Of a DNA stretch of 64,000 nucleotides, positions 36,781 to 49,414 are shown one piece after another. This stretch comes from Scyliorhinus canicula (lineage: Eukaryota). Positions within the stretch are counted from its first letter, which is position 1, and each line of letters starts with the position of its first letter. Both the position numbers and the translations under genes were made by a program. The stretch covers positions 91,891,030 through 91,955,029 of the forward strand of contig NC_052154.1 of the NCBI RefSeq assembly GCF_902713615.1, given 5' to 3'. The notes beneath the pieces are model-generated. The model was given only the letters and a program-made list of their open reading frames with translations, ran no database searches and had not been told where the DNA came from.

Positions 36781-37489
36781 CCATCCTTGACCATTCGATC
36801 GCTTGCCTTAGAGTTTCTTATTTGAAGTCTGCTTCATGACGCATGACACTTTTATTTGACTGGTGGATGCACCACGCTCTTGGTGTATTGACGGAAGTAC
36901 AGATCACGATAATGATCTCCAAAGAGGTAAATATGCAAGATTAGCGGGGACAACTATGAAATATTTGCTGTCAGTTGCCACTGAGGTGAGCAACGAACGT
37001 TTTTCCTTCAACATCGAGGTCACTGCTGAGAGGTTGAAAATGTATTCCGGTCGTAATGTTCTCTCTTTCCTCTTAATTTGTTTGTCGTTTTTCGCGCTCT
37101 CCCTTGCTGAATCTCATAACTGTTTCTTGTGTTTTTAAAATGTTGCTCTATATGCCGAAATTCACGTTGAATGACAGGTCCTACTTACATGCTGCAGTCC
37201 GCAAGATGATTATTCAATTTGATCGTTTATATTATGAGTTCTGCCATATTCTGTCATAGATGCCCAATAGACAGTACCTATTGCACATTGTTTCTAATTA
37301 CTGTAACTGCCAGGCAAATATCCACAAAGTACACCGTCAGCAGTAATGAACAAAATCAGCAATGCATTTTGTTCCATTAACAATTACAGTAACATTTGGA
37401 CAGTTAAATCAGCTACACTAAGAATCTCAGTAAGCTCATTAAGTTATTTCATTTTAATTTAAGTTAACTTAATTTAAATTAAAATCAAT

Positions 37490-40456
37490 CGGCCATCGGT
37501 TGGAGTAGCAGTTACATGCAGGTGGCGGAAACCGTAATAGATAGCAGTTATATAAATGTGGTCTCACCCAAGGTGCAGGCAGAAATACGGGTGACCACCA
37601 GAAGGGGCAGGCAGTCAGTGCAGGAATCCCATGTGGTTGTCCCCCTCTTGAACAGTTACACCCCTTTGGATACTGTCGTGGGGAATAGTCTATGAGGGGA
37701 AAACAGCAGCAGCCAGAGCAGTGACACCACGATGGGTCTGATGTTCAGCAGGGACGGTCAAAGTGCAGACGAGCAATAGTCATAGGGGACTAGAAAGTCA
37801 GGGGCACAAATAAGCACTTCTGTGGACGTGAAATAAACTCCAGGATGGTATGTTGCCTCGCTGTTGCCAGGGTGCTGGATATTTCAGAACGGGTCACGGG
37901 CATCCTGAAGGCGAGCGCAAACAGGCAGAGGTCGTGGTATGTATTGGTGCTAACGACATAGGCAGGAAGGGGGATGAAGCCCTGCAGCAGGTGTTCAGGG
38001 AGCTAGGCAGAAAGTTAAAGGACAGGACCTCAAGGGTTGAAATCTCAGGATTACTCCCTGTGCCACGTGTCAGTGAGGCTACAGATAGGAAAATAGAGCA
38101 GCTGAACACGTCGCTAAACAGCTGGTGTAGGAGTGAGTGTTTCAGTTATCTGGATGACTTGGAGCTCTTCCGGGGCAGTGTGACATCTATCAGAAGGACG
38201 GGTTGCATCTGAACAGGAGAGCCATAAATATCCTGGCCGCGATGTTTGCTAGTGTCACACGGGAGAGTTTAAACTAGTATGGCAGGGGTGTGGGTACCGG
38301 AGCAATAGGTCAGAAGGTGAAAAAGGTGAGGGAGAACCAGGAAATAGGGCCACTATAGCTCTGAGGAAGAGCAGACAGGGAGATTTTGCTGAATACAGAA
38401 GAATTGGTGCACATGTTTCAATGCAAGAAATATAACAGGTAAGGCAGATAAACGTAGAACTTGGTTTAGTACTTGGAACTATGATGTTGTTCCCATTACA
38501 GAGACCTGGTTGAGGGAAGAACAGGATTGGCAGCTAAACATTCCAGGATTTAGATATTTCCAGCGGGATAGAGGGGGATGTAAACGTGGTGGAGGAGTTG
38601 CGCCACTGGTTAGGGCGAATATCACAGCTGGACTGCGGGAGGACTCCTCAATGGGCAGCGAGGCTATATGCGAAGAGATCAGGAATAAGAAGGACGCAGG
38701 CAATATGTTGGGGGTTTACAACAGGCTTCATAATGGCCAGCGGGAGATAGAGAAACAGATCGGTAGACAGATCTTGGAAAGGACTAAAAGCAACAGGGTT
38801 GTTGTGATGGCAGACTTTAACTTCCTCAATATTGACTGTGAGTCACTTAGTGCGAGATGATTGGACGAGGCAGCTTGTAAGGAGCATCCAGGAGGGCTTC
38901 TTAAAACAATATGTAGATAGTCCAACTGGGGAAGGGGCTGTACTGGACCTGTTACTGGGGAATGAGCCCGGCCAGCTGGTAGAAGTTTCAGTAAGGGAGC
39001 ATTTCGGAATCAGTGACCAAAATTCAGTAAGTTTTAAAGTGCCAGTGGACAAGGATAAGAGGGGTCCTAGGGTGAAAGTGCTAAATTGGGGGAAGGCTAA
39101 TTGTAACAATATTAGGCGGGAACTGAAGAACATAGATTGGGGTCAGATGTTTGAGGGTAAATCAATATTTGACATGTGGGAGGCTTTCAAATGTCAGTTG
39201 GAAGGAATTCAGGACCGGCATGTTCCTGTGAGGAAGAAGTATAAAAATGGCAAATTTCGGGATCCTTGGATAACAAGAGATATTGTGGGCCTCGTCAAAA
39301 AAAAAAGAGACATCTGTCATGGTTAGAAGGCTGGGAACAGACGACGCCTGTGTGCAATATAAGGAAAGTAAGAATGAACTTAAGCAATGAGTCAGGATGG
39401 CTAAAAGGGGTCACGGAACGTCATTGACAAATAGGGTTAAGGAAAATACCAAGGCTTTTTACAAGTACATAAAAAGCAAGAGGGTAGCCAAGGAAAGGGT
39501 TGGCCCACTGAAGGCCAAGGGAGGGAATCAATGTGTGGAGCCAGAAGAAATGGGCGAGGTATTAAATGAATACGTTGCATCAGTATTCACCAAAGGGAAG
39601 GAAATGGTGGATGTTGAGTCTGGAGAAGGGTGGGTAGATAGACTGGGTCACATTTAGATCCGAAAAAATGAGGCGTTGGGAGGCATTGAAAAATATTAAG
39701 GTGGATAAGTCCCCTTGGCCTGATGGGACCTACCCCCAAACACTAAAGGAGGCAAGAGAGGAAATTGCTGAGGCCTTGACAGAAATCTTTGGGCCATCAC
39801 TGTCTCCATGTGATGTCCCGGAGCACTGGAGAATACCCAATTTTGTTCCTTTGTCTAAGAAGGGTAGCAAGGATAATCCATGAACTACAGGACGGTGAGC
39901 CTTACATCAGTGGTAGGGAAATTGCTGGAGAGAATTCGTAGAAACAGGATGTACTCCCATTTCGAAGGAAGTGGAATAATTAGTGAGAGGCAGCACGGAT
40001 TTGTAAAGGGGAGGTCGTGCCTCACTAACCTGATAATCAACTTAGTTTATTCTCAAAAGAACGAAGGAATTGAGGGGCGACCTGATAGAGATCCACAAAA
40101 GTATGAGGGGCATAGAGAGAGTGGATAGTCAGAGACTTTCTCAGGGTAGAGGGGTCAGTTTTTCGGGGGCATCGGTTTAAGGTGCGGGGGAAAGGTTGAG
40201 AGGAGATGTACGAGGTACGTTTTTTATACAGAGGGTAATGGGTGCCTGGAACCCGCTGCCGGAGGAGGTGGTGAAAGCAGGGACGATAAGGACGTTTAAG
40301 GGGCTTTTTGACAAATACATGAACAGGATGAGAATAGATGGATATGGAATCCAGAAGTGTGGAAGATTTTAGTTTCGATGGGCAGCATGGTCGGCACAGG
40401 CTTGGAAGGCCGAAGGGTGTGTTCCTGTGCTGTACCTTTCTTTGTTCTTTGTTCTA
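37490..40456 (+). mobile_element. Long CR1 LINE: ORF1 (SGNH esterase), ORF2 EN and RT start, large internal deletion, 3' tail
   Basis: VVVCIGANDIGRKG...SGLLPVPR; VVMADFNFLNID; DKSPWPDG; QHGFVKGRSCLTNL; tail ttctttgttctttgttcta. Confidence 0.95.
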
Positions 40457-40771
40457 TAACGTTTATTATAGTGCAGTTTTTGTAGCGATAATGGTGTGCA
40501 TGTTTCTGTACCTTTTACGTTACTAAAAATCAGAGCAGGGTTCATTCAATTTTCTGTGAAAACTAATTCTGTATTCGGTGAACAAATTGATTCAGGAAAC
40601 TCAAGTCAATGTTCTTTTTCCGCTTCTGAACCTCTTATTGCGTACAGAAGATTGAATAGATAAATATAATCAAAGAGTGTGAACACAACTTTAAACCAGT
40701 AGAGAACAAACGTTTGCGACAGAATAAGAGTAATTCCCTTGTTACATTGATGTTGACATATGTAAACTTAC

Positions 40772-40809
40772 CGTTTCTTCACAAGCAGGAGATCCATCTT
40801 CAGCTGTCA
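40772..40809 (-). CDS. Cytoplasmic-tail exon of a type I membrane protein (probably gene B)
   Basis: Acceptor cttgtattttcaatgcatag|, donor ACG|gtaagt; 38 nt, phase 1 to 0, (V)TAEDGSPACEET; in frame with the TM exon. Confidence 0.7.
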
Positions 40810-40960
40810 CTATGCATTGAAAATACAAGTTGCAAAACGCAATAGTCAGAATCTATTTTTTACAGAATATGTGAGATACAGAAATAACTCCAAGTTTGAA
40901 CAAACATACCATATTATGTTTTCAACAAGCATAAATAAATCGAATTTAAATCATGATTCA

Positions 40961-41137
40961 GGGGGCTGGTTTAGCACAGTGAGATAAACAGCTGGCTTGT
41001 CATGCAGAACGGTGCCAGCAGCGTGGGTTCAATTCCCATACTGGCCTCTCTGAATTGGCACCGGAACGGGGTGACTAGCGGATTTTCACAGTAACTTAAT
41101 TGAAGCCGACTTGTGACAATCACCGATTATTATTATA
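40961..41137 (+). mobile_element. Second-family SINE in the TM-to-cytoplasmic intron
   Basis: gggggctggtttagc head. Confidence 0.9.
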
Positions 41138-41361
41138 TTCTCATCTTTTTCAATCTTGAATTTTTGTCATGCGAAAGGTGAACATAAAATGTCGGAATGG
41201 AATTCAAATTAAACTCTATATATGCATTCCTCTACGATACACAGACCATTCAACCATTTAACTGAAAAGTGAAACGGTCAATTCTGCACTCAAGCTTTGA
41301 CTGACACACGATTCTTTTCTGTTTGAACATGTTTAATATAAATTGTTAATTCTGTCCTTAC

Positions 41362-41472
41362 CCATGCAATTAAATAAATTGCAGTGCCTTCCGATGATGA
41401 CCCCAAGCACGAGACAGACGAAACCACTGATGACGCACCCAACCGTGAACAAGTGAAATTTTGGGCCGATGT
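41362..41472 (-). CDS. Transmembrane exon (probably gene B)
   Basis: Acceptor cattcattaattttgcag|, donor ATGG|gtaagg; 111 nt, phase 1-1; (D)IGPKFHLFTVGCVISGFVCLVLGVIIGRHCNLFNCM, about 21 hydrophobic residues followed by Arg. Confidence 0.85.
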
Positions 41473-42854
41473 CTGCAAAATTAATGAATGTTGCTGAGAA
41501 AGTTCTGTGTATATGACCCACTATTAAGCCAATAAATCCAAAAGGACTGAACAATTATGGACATAATTACCCTAGATCAAAAGATCTGTGGAACACTATT
41601 TTGATTTAGGCACATGGAATTTCAAATGAGAGCAATAGTACAACATTGTATATTTTTAAAAGTTAACCTCGTTTTTCTGTCTTTATTAATACGTGTATTG
41701 TGTTCCTTCAGTTTTTCACCGTCATGCTGATCAGAACGGACTACTGCAAAGAAGTGTACCAACAACTCAACAACCAGGAACACTACAGACAGTTGCCCGC
41801 AGATCCGACCAAGGAACACACCCGCCAACTCAACAGACTGATCAAAACCTTTGATCCAGAGCTTCAGAGCACCCGACGTGCTCTCATCCCACATACTCCC
41901 CACGTTGGAGGACAATACACGAGGCCAACACACCAGGCCGTCCGAATGTATCAGGCAATGGGACCCTGTGACCCTTTAAACATCTCTGGCTACATCGAGG
42001 GCATCTTGAAACCCATCATACAATGAACACTCAACTTCCCTTGAGACACAACGGACTTCCTACAGAAACTCAGCACCCATGGACCAGTTGAACCAGGAAC
42101 ATTCTTCGTCACAATGCACATCTCGGCGCACTACACCAGCATCCCCCATGATGACGGCATCACTGAAACAGCCTCAGTACTCAGCACTGACAACTGCCAA
42201 TCTCCAGACGGAATTCTGCAACTCGTCCGCTTCATTCTGGATCACAACGTCTTCACCTTCGACAACAGTTTCTTCATCCAGATGCACTGAACAGTGATGG
42301 GAACCAAATTGCCACCTCAATATGCTGACATCTTCATGCAAAAGTTTGATCAAGACCTGCTCACCATGCAGAAACGTCAACCAACGTTATACACCAGATA
42401 TATTGATGACATTTATTTCCTCTGGACCCACGGCGAAGAATCACTGAAATGAGTACACAATGACATCAATAAGTTGCATCCCACCATCAGACTCACTATG
42501 GACTACTCTCTAAAATCAGTTGCATTCTTGGACACACTCATCTGCATCAAGGATGGTCACCTCAGCACTTTGTTTTACCACAAGCTCACGGATAACCTCA
42601 CAATACTCCACTTCTCCAGATTCCACCCTAAACACAGGACATGCGGCAATGCAAAATCACCGGGCAGAAATGTCCAGCCAAGTTCCGCACACATGAGTGC
42701 AGCCACAACCGGTACCTTTGATTCAAGTCACATTACATTCATCTCCCTCCATCTGGCCTGGGCTTGCAAATCCTATCAACTGTCCTGGCTTGAGGCAATT
42801 CTCACCTCTTTAACCACTATCTCTCGATCTTTAGAGAGTTAATTATCTGCAAAT

Positions 42855-43175
42855 GTTACAGTGCAGAAGGAGACCATTTGGCCCATTGAGTCCGCACCGG
42901 TTCTTGGAAAGAGCACCCTACCCAAGGTCTACACCTCCATCCTATCCCCGTAACCCCACCCAACACTAAGGGCAATTTTGGACACTAAGGGCAATGAAGC
43001 ATGGCCAAACCACCTAACCTGCACACCTTTGGACTGTGGGAGGAAACAGGAGAACCCAAAGGAAACCCACGCACACATGCGGAGAATGTGCAGAGTCAAC
43101 AAAGACAGTGACTCAAGTCGGGAATCGAAACTGGGACCCTGGACCTGTGAAGCAGTTATGCTGACCACAAATGCC
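42855..43175 (-). mobile_element. HE1-type SINE
   Basis: Reverse copy. Confidence 0.85.
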
Positions 43176-43286
43176 CTAAACATTCAAAGCATTGTCTTGC
43201 ATTTTTGACTTTGTCTATGAATATGTTTCTGGAACATACCTCTTCATCCACCTGAGGAATGAGCAGTTCGCTGAATACTAGTGATT

Positions 43287-43636
43287 TTACATAGAATTTA
43301 CAGTGCAGAAGGAGGCCATTTGGCCCATCGAGTCTGCACCAGCTCTTGGAAAGGGCACCCTACCCAAGGTCAACACCTCTACCCTATCCCCATAACCCAG
43401 TAATCCCACCTAACACTAAGGGCAATTTTGGACACTAAGGGCAATTTATCATGGCCAATGCACCTAACCTGCACATCTTTAGACAGTGGGAGGAAACCAG
43501 AGCACCCAGAGGAAACCCACGCACACACGGGGAGGATGTGCAGACTCCGCACAGACAGTGACCCAAACCGGAAACGAACCTGGGACCCTGGAGCTGTGAA
43601 GCAATTATGCTAACCACAATGCTACTGTGCTGCCCA
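43287..43636 (-). mobile_element. HE1-type SINE inserted in the Penelope pLTR
   Basis: Full-length reverse copy; the pLTR resumes at gaaacaaacctgttgg. Confidence 0.9.
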
Positions 43637-45189
43637 TTTGAAACAAACCTGTTGGACTTTCACCTGGTGTTGTAAGACTTCTTACTGGGCTCACCCCAGT
43701 CCAACGCCGCCATCTCCACATCATGGCATTCAGTTTTTGTTTAGGCTGTATTGTTGAGTGCCATTTATAAAACATTTATCTTGGACAAGCTGGACCTGAC
43801 AATAGATTTGCTATCCCCAACTCAGAAGACACAGTCGACAGTTCGAAGTTCTGGCTTTGCAATGAAAAATAACATGGGAAGCATCCTTTCAGTGTGTATT
43901 TTAAAAAGCTTTACTTGTACAATTTACATGAGCTCGAAGGTAGCTGATGCCTGACGGCAAATGGCATATGCAGCTTTCAGTGCAATAGTGGTTCGGTTGA
44001 ACGGGAATGATATGTGCTCGAAGTAATAAACTAACAATGGACAGTTGGCGGTAATTGCCTTTCAAAATAAACAAGGCTGTAGTTAATATGAGTAGAAATG
44101 TTTCTTAATTATCAACGACTGAAGACGCTCTCACACTTAGAGACAAACATAGGGCACCGAATGAGGCAGGGCTCTAGGATGGAAGACAAACAGTTTAACA
44201 TGTCATGTACGTTTAATGTCATTTGGAGCTGCTTTATAAGCTTAACATTTAATATTTGGATTGGTAAGCTTTAATAATTTATGAAGTGCAAAGAGTGCAC
44301 TTTGGAGATGCCAAAACAGAGAATATACTGGGAAAAAATGATCACTGTCGCAATGGAGAAAACTATTATGGGAGAGCTGGTGGCGTTGTTGCATTTGTAA
44401 CTGGACAAGTAACCCGGGGACGCGGGTTAATGCTCTGGAAGCTCAGCTTAAGAACAGCAGTTGCTGCAATCTGAATTCAATCAATTCAGAGCTGAGATTA
44501 GGCTTTATGAACGTTGTGAAAGCATAGTTAATGTTCGTATAGACCGAATGTTCTTGAGGGAAGAAAAAACTGCCATCCTTGCATCCTATGGCCTTGCTTT
44601 CCTTTGACTCTTCAATGGCCTAACACGCCACTCAGTGACAGTAAATCGTGAGCAAGGAGTAAAACAAGACTTAGGTACTGGAAAGGACAATTTCAAATGC
44701 CACTACCAAGCACTGCTGTAAAGTAACAACGCTCGTTAGGCAGCAACATCAATACGCATGACCACTGCCATTTAGATGCACGGTGATAGCAGATTTCAGA
44801 GATCATCACCACCTGAAGGTTCCCATCCAAATCATTTGGCAGCCTGCCATGCAAATGCGCCACAACCCGAAGCACTGCAATGGTTCAATGTGTCAGCCCA
44901 TGGACACCGCCTGAATGGAACGCACTGCTTGGGGAGCTGATGGGAGCAGGTAGGATAGCGGCATTTAAGGGGCATCTTGACAAATATATGAATATAGTGG
45001 GAATAGAAGTATACGCACTCTGTAAGTGTATATGGTTTTAGTTTAGGTAGGTACCATGGTCGGCACGTGATTGGAGGACTAAGGGGCCTGTTCCTCTGCT
45101 GTGTCATTCTTTGTACTTTGAAAATTGGAATTTAGGCAAAGAATCACCGGACCATTGACAGGTTCAACGAAAAGAATGTCCATCATCAT

Positions 45190-46870
45190 CATTCCATCAG
45201 ATCTATGGTCTGCAGTCCTGTCATATTCAGTCATTAATTGTGCTGAACAATAAGCCAACCGATTGGAGGACGAGGTTCAACAAAGATATCCGATCCCAGT
45301 GATCGGCGAGCCTATGAAATTAGCTGAAAAGATAAGCCTAAAGCAGTTCCATTCATCCTCAGAAGTGCGAAGGTGATCACCAATTTAGTTCTGCTCCTGA
45401 CGACCCCTGCAACCCAATTGTCTGTCTTCAGCCAATTCGATTCCCTTCACGTGATATCGCGAATGACTAAAGGCATTGGATGCTGCTAAGGCTACATGCC
45501 TGATAATATTCTGGCAGTTACTGAAAACATGTTTACGATATCCTGCATGCACCATAGCCAAGTTCCTGAGTACAACATTGGAATCTGCTGTGCACGTATG
45601 CTCTGCAGACAGAATGCAAGACCAATCCGTCCCGGCATAATATCTCCCCATCAGTCTACTCTCGACCACTAGGAAAGTGATGCAAGTGTTAAAAGCGGTG
45701 CAATCATGGGGTACTTACATTGAAATATCCTGATCACTGATGAATAGTTTGGGTTCATCCATGACCACTCAGCTACTGATCTCAATGTGGTTTTGTTTAA
45801 AACATAGATAAACAGGGGTACTCCATGGGAGAGGTGGCAGTGACTGCCCTAGACGTCATTTGACAGAGTATTGCATAAATCCACGCCAGAAAAGCTACAG
45901 TCACTGGAAATCAATGAAAAAAATCCCACTCGGTGGAATCATATAGAGCACGAATGAGATCACTGTGCTCGTTGATTGTAAGACATAATAAGTCCAATAC
46001 CTTATCGTAGGAGTTCCTCAGGGTCGTGTCGTAAGGGTCATTATCTTCAGCTGCTTCAGCAAAATTATTCCTTACTGCATTATGTCAGAAGTGAGAAGTT
46101 GCATTGACGATTGCACAATGTTGAGCAGCAAAGGTGAATCCTTAGATCTGAAGTGACTGTATCCAAATGTCACAAGACCTTGACACTTCCCAGGCTTGCG
46201 TTGATACGTTTAAAGTAATATTTAGGCGCCACAAGTGACATCCAATGACACATTCGAAAAATAAAATATCTAACTACCATCCCTTGATATGCAATGTTAT
46301 GATCATCTGTTAAGTCGCACGATCAGCATCCCACGTGAAATCATTGATCATAAACTGAACCGGATATGCCATGTATAATAATCTTCATTGCCAAAACTTG
46401 GCTTACATTAACACTGCAATGAAGTGACTGTGAGAAGCCCCCAGTTGCCACATTCCAGCACCTGTTGGGTACACGGACGGAGAATTCCGAATATCCAATT
46501 CACCTAACAGCACGTATTTTGGGACTTGTGGGAGGAAACCAGAGCACTCAGAAGAAAGCCACGCAGACACAGGGAGAACGTGGAGATTCCACACAGAAAA
46601 TGACCCAAGCTGGGAATCAAATCAGCGAATCTGGCGCTGTGAAGCCACATTGCTACCACTGTGCTACCGCGCCGCATATAGGTACTCCGGTTATAAAATC
46701 AGGTCATACTCTAGGAATTCTGTCACGAGTAACTCACCCTATGGCTCCCCAGTAATTTCCCAGCACCTACAAGGCACAACTCACTGGTCCAGCGGAATAC
46801 TATCCAATTTCCTGGATGAGTGCCAATCCAACATCATTCAGGATGTCCGATATGATCGGGGATGAACAAA
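45190..46870 (+). mobile_element. Old non-LTR retrotransposon RT remnant (family distinct from the CR1 copies)
   Basis: ccaattcgattcccttcacgtgatatc...ccccatcagtctactctcg...ggagttcctcaggg (GVPQG) ...gacgattgcaca; heavily mutated. Confidence 0.65.
46378..46676 (-). mobile_element. Hybrid SINE: HE1/V-SINE head and core with the 3' tail of the second SINE family
   Basis: Core ggaggaaaccagagcac joined to tail gccacattccagcacc...gaagtgactgtgagaagccc. Confidence 0.8.
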
Positions 46871-47439
46871 GAGAATGAAGCCATATTTTGTTTAGATTAC
46901 AGTAATATTAACCTAGATTTTTCAGGCATGGCTATTCTGTCAGCTCGGACAATGCTGCCAGGGTACATTACTGTGTTTAGCAGATGGATTTGTGAAATAC
47001 GAGTGATTCATGGTCATTAACCCATTCTTCTGCCAGGATCGATGCGCCGAGTAGCCTGATGCTATTCCTACTTTATATGTTCCAAGTCAATCCGAAGGTG
47101 CTCGTGGCTTTGACATGGCAGAGAAGATTGAACTGCTGTCCGCAGCATAAAGTGGGTAATTTTAACGACCGCGACTAAAGTCACCTCTACTATATGAAGC
47201 TTTCAATGCCATCAAAAGCAGAAACTGTGTACCTAAAACTCACCTGTAAATTAAATTCAATCTCCTGCAAAATCAGCAACAGGCTCTCCTGCAGTCTACA
47301 TTATTGCTGCCTCTTAAAATTGACATTCGCACGTCTGTCCTATTGAGTGCAAGATGGAAAGCTAGGAAAACTAATCCATCCTTTTTTAGAAGTATCAAAG
47401 TACATCTGAAGGTAAACAGTTTCACGTTGATACCAATTC

Positions 47440-48180
47440 AGTTCCGTCAAAACTATGTCCTTATTAGGAGCAGAATGAAAACATTCGTTCCTTCAGCCCA
47501 TTGGATAAGATTATGTCGATTGAATTGGAACCTGCCACATATCCATCATATTCGGTCGACCACTTTTTTAACAAGGGCCTATGTATCGTAGCCTGAGAAG
47601 TATTCGATGTTTCTGTTTCCACTGCCTTTTGTGGAAGAGAGTTCCAAAGGCTCACAACTCTCTGAGAAAAAAAATTTCTTGTCATCTGTCTTAAATGGGC
47701 GACACGTTATTTTTTCAATATTGATCCTGGTGCATGATACCCCCCAGAGAAGAAACATGCCCTACACATCAATCATGCCAATGCCCCTCAGGATCTTAAA
47801 TATTTCAATCAAATTTCCTCCAACTTTTCTCATCTTCACTGCATAAAATGCTAGCCTCCTCAACATATGACATATGACAACAGACCCTTCCCCGGTGTCA
47901 TTCTCATGAATCTCCTCTGAACTGTTTTCAAAACAGTTAAATTCTGCTTTATATATAGAGGTGAATACTGTTCATGATAGACTAGAGGTAGTCTCATCAT
48001 TGTGCTGAGAAACAGAATCTTAACTTCCTAACATGCAGATCAAATTCCTCTGACAATTGTCAGCTTTTCCAATTATTAGGTTAACATTCATAGTAGCCAT
48101 TTTGTGATTGATAAATGAGGACACCGACATTCATCTGTATCGCCGATTTCTAACGTTCATAGAATTTACGTCTACTTTCT
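47440..48180 (-). mobile_element. Old CR1 3' fragment
   Basis: NFFSQRVVSLWNSLPQKAVE. Confidence 0.85.
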
Positions 48181-48189
48181 GTTGTATAA

Positions 48190-48737
48190 TATCTACAGTG
48201 CAGATGGAGGCCATTTGGCTTATCGCGTGTGCATCAACCCTCTATAAGAGCACACTAACTCGCCCACTTCCCTGTCTTTTCCAATAATCCCACCTAGGAT
48301 GCACATGGTGGACACTAAGAGTTCACATCGCCTACACATTTTGGACGGTGGAAGGAAAGTGGAACACACAAAGGAAACCCACGAGGACACGGAGAAAACA
48401 TGCAAACTCCAGCAAAGGACAGCACGGTAGCAGAAGTGGATAGCACTGTGGCTTCACAGACTCCCAGGTTCGATTCCCCGCTGGGTCACTGTCTGTGTGG
48501 AGTCTGCACGTTCTCCCCATGTCTGCGTGGGTTTCCTCCGGGTGCTCCGGTTTCCTCCCACAGTACAAAGACGTCCAGGTTAGATGGAATGGCCATGCTA
48601 AATTGTCCTTAGAGACCAAAACGGTAAGGAGGGGTTATTGGGTTGCGGGTATAGGGTGGAAGTGAGGGCTTAAGTGGGTCGGTGCAGACTCGATGGGCCG
48701 AATGGCCTCCTTCTGTACTGTATGTTCTATGTTCTTT
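48190..48737. mobile_element. Two HE1-type SINEs head-to-head (48190-48410 minus, 48417-48737 plus)
   Basis: Two SINE cores in opposite orientation. Confidence 0.85.
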
Positions 48738-49414
48738 GTTCCATACAATTAGCCAATGCGGGAATTGAACCCAAGTCCCTGGATCTATGAGGCAGCAATG
48801 CTAACCACTGTGCCAACCCTCATAATTGTCCAGTTTGCAGATATTTTGCCTACTTACATATCACGTCCACATCTCTTTGTTAACTATGTGTGTCCTCTTC
48901 ACAACTTACTTTCCAACGTCTCTAAGCGCAATCAACAAATTTAGCAACCATGCATTCCGTTGTTTCAACTAAGTCGTTTATAAGCATACTAAAAAGTTGA
49001 GACCCCATCAATTGTCCATGTGGAACACCATGGTCACATATTTCCAATCGTATTATGGCCCTTTTATGCCCATTCATCGTTTCCTGTCAGCTAAGTAATC
49101 CTCTGTCTACGCCTTGAACTTTCATTATCTGCTGTGGCCGTTTGCATGGCCACCAATCCATGTCTTTTAGAAATGCAGGTACACTTCAATCACCAGAGAG
49201 ACTTCATCAACAGCATATACGACTCCTTCAAATAAATCCAATAAATTGGTTTCACTTTCACAGAACTGTGTTGACGTTGCCTGATTTATTTGATTTTTGT
49301 TTAACCGCCGTCCAATAATATCTTTAATACCTTCTCACCTGTTCGAAAAAGAGATATTAAGCTAACACGCATGTACTTTGCTCCTTTATGTCGTTCACCC
49401 CGTTTTGAATATAG

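Larger units (their letters stand above)
41715..43735 (+). mobile_element. Penelope element (RT plus pLTR), degraded, with two SINE insertions
   Basis: EVYQQLNNQEHYRQLPADPTK; RYIDDIYFLWTHGEES; HPTIRLTMDYS; pLTR split at about 43285/43637. Confidence 0.9.

Noticed and set aside
36863-37138. Plus-strand 91-aa ORF ending in a signal-peptide-like stretch
   Set aside because: The hydrophobicity comes from a pyrimidine tract; no domain or exon support.
47240-47295. Minus-strand mini-exon candidate (ESLLLILQEIEFNLQ, gtgagt donor)
   Set aside because: Phase 0-0, so incompatible with the phase-1 Ig exon chain; no ATG in frame.
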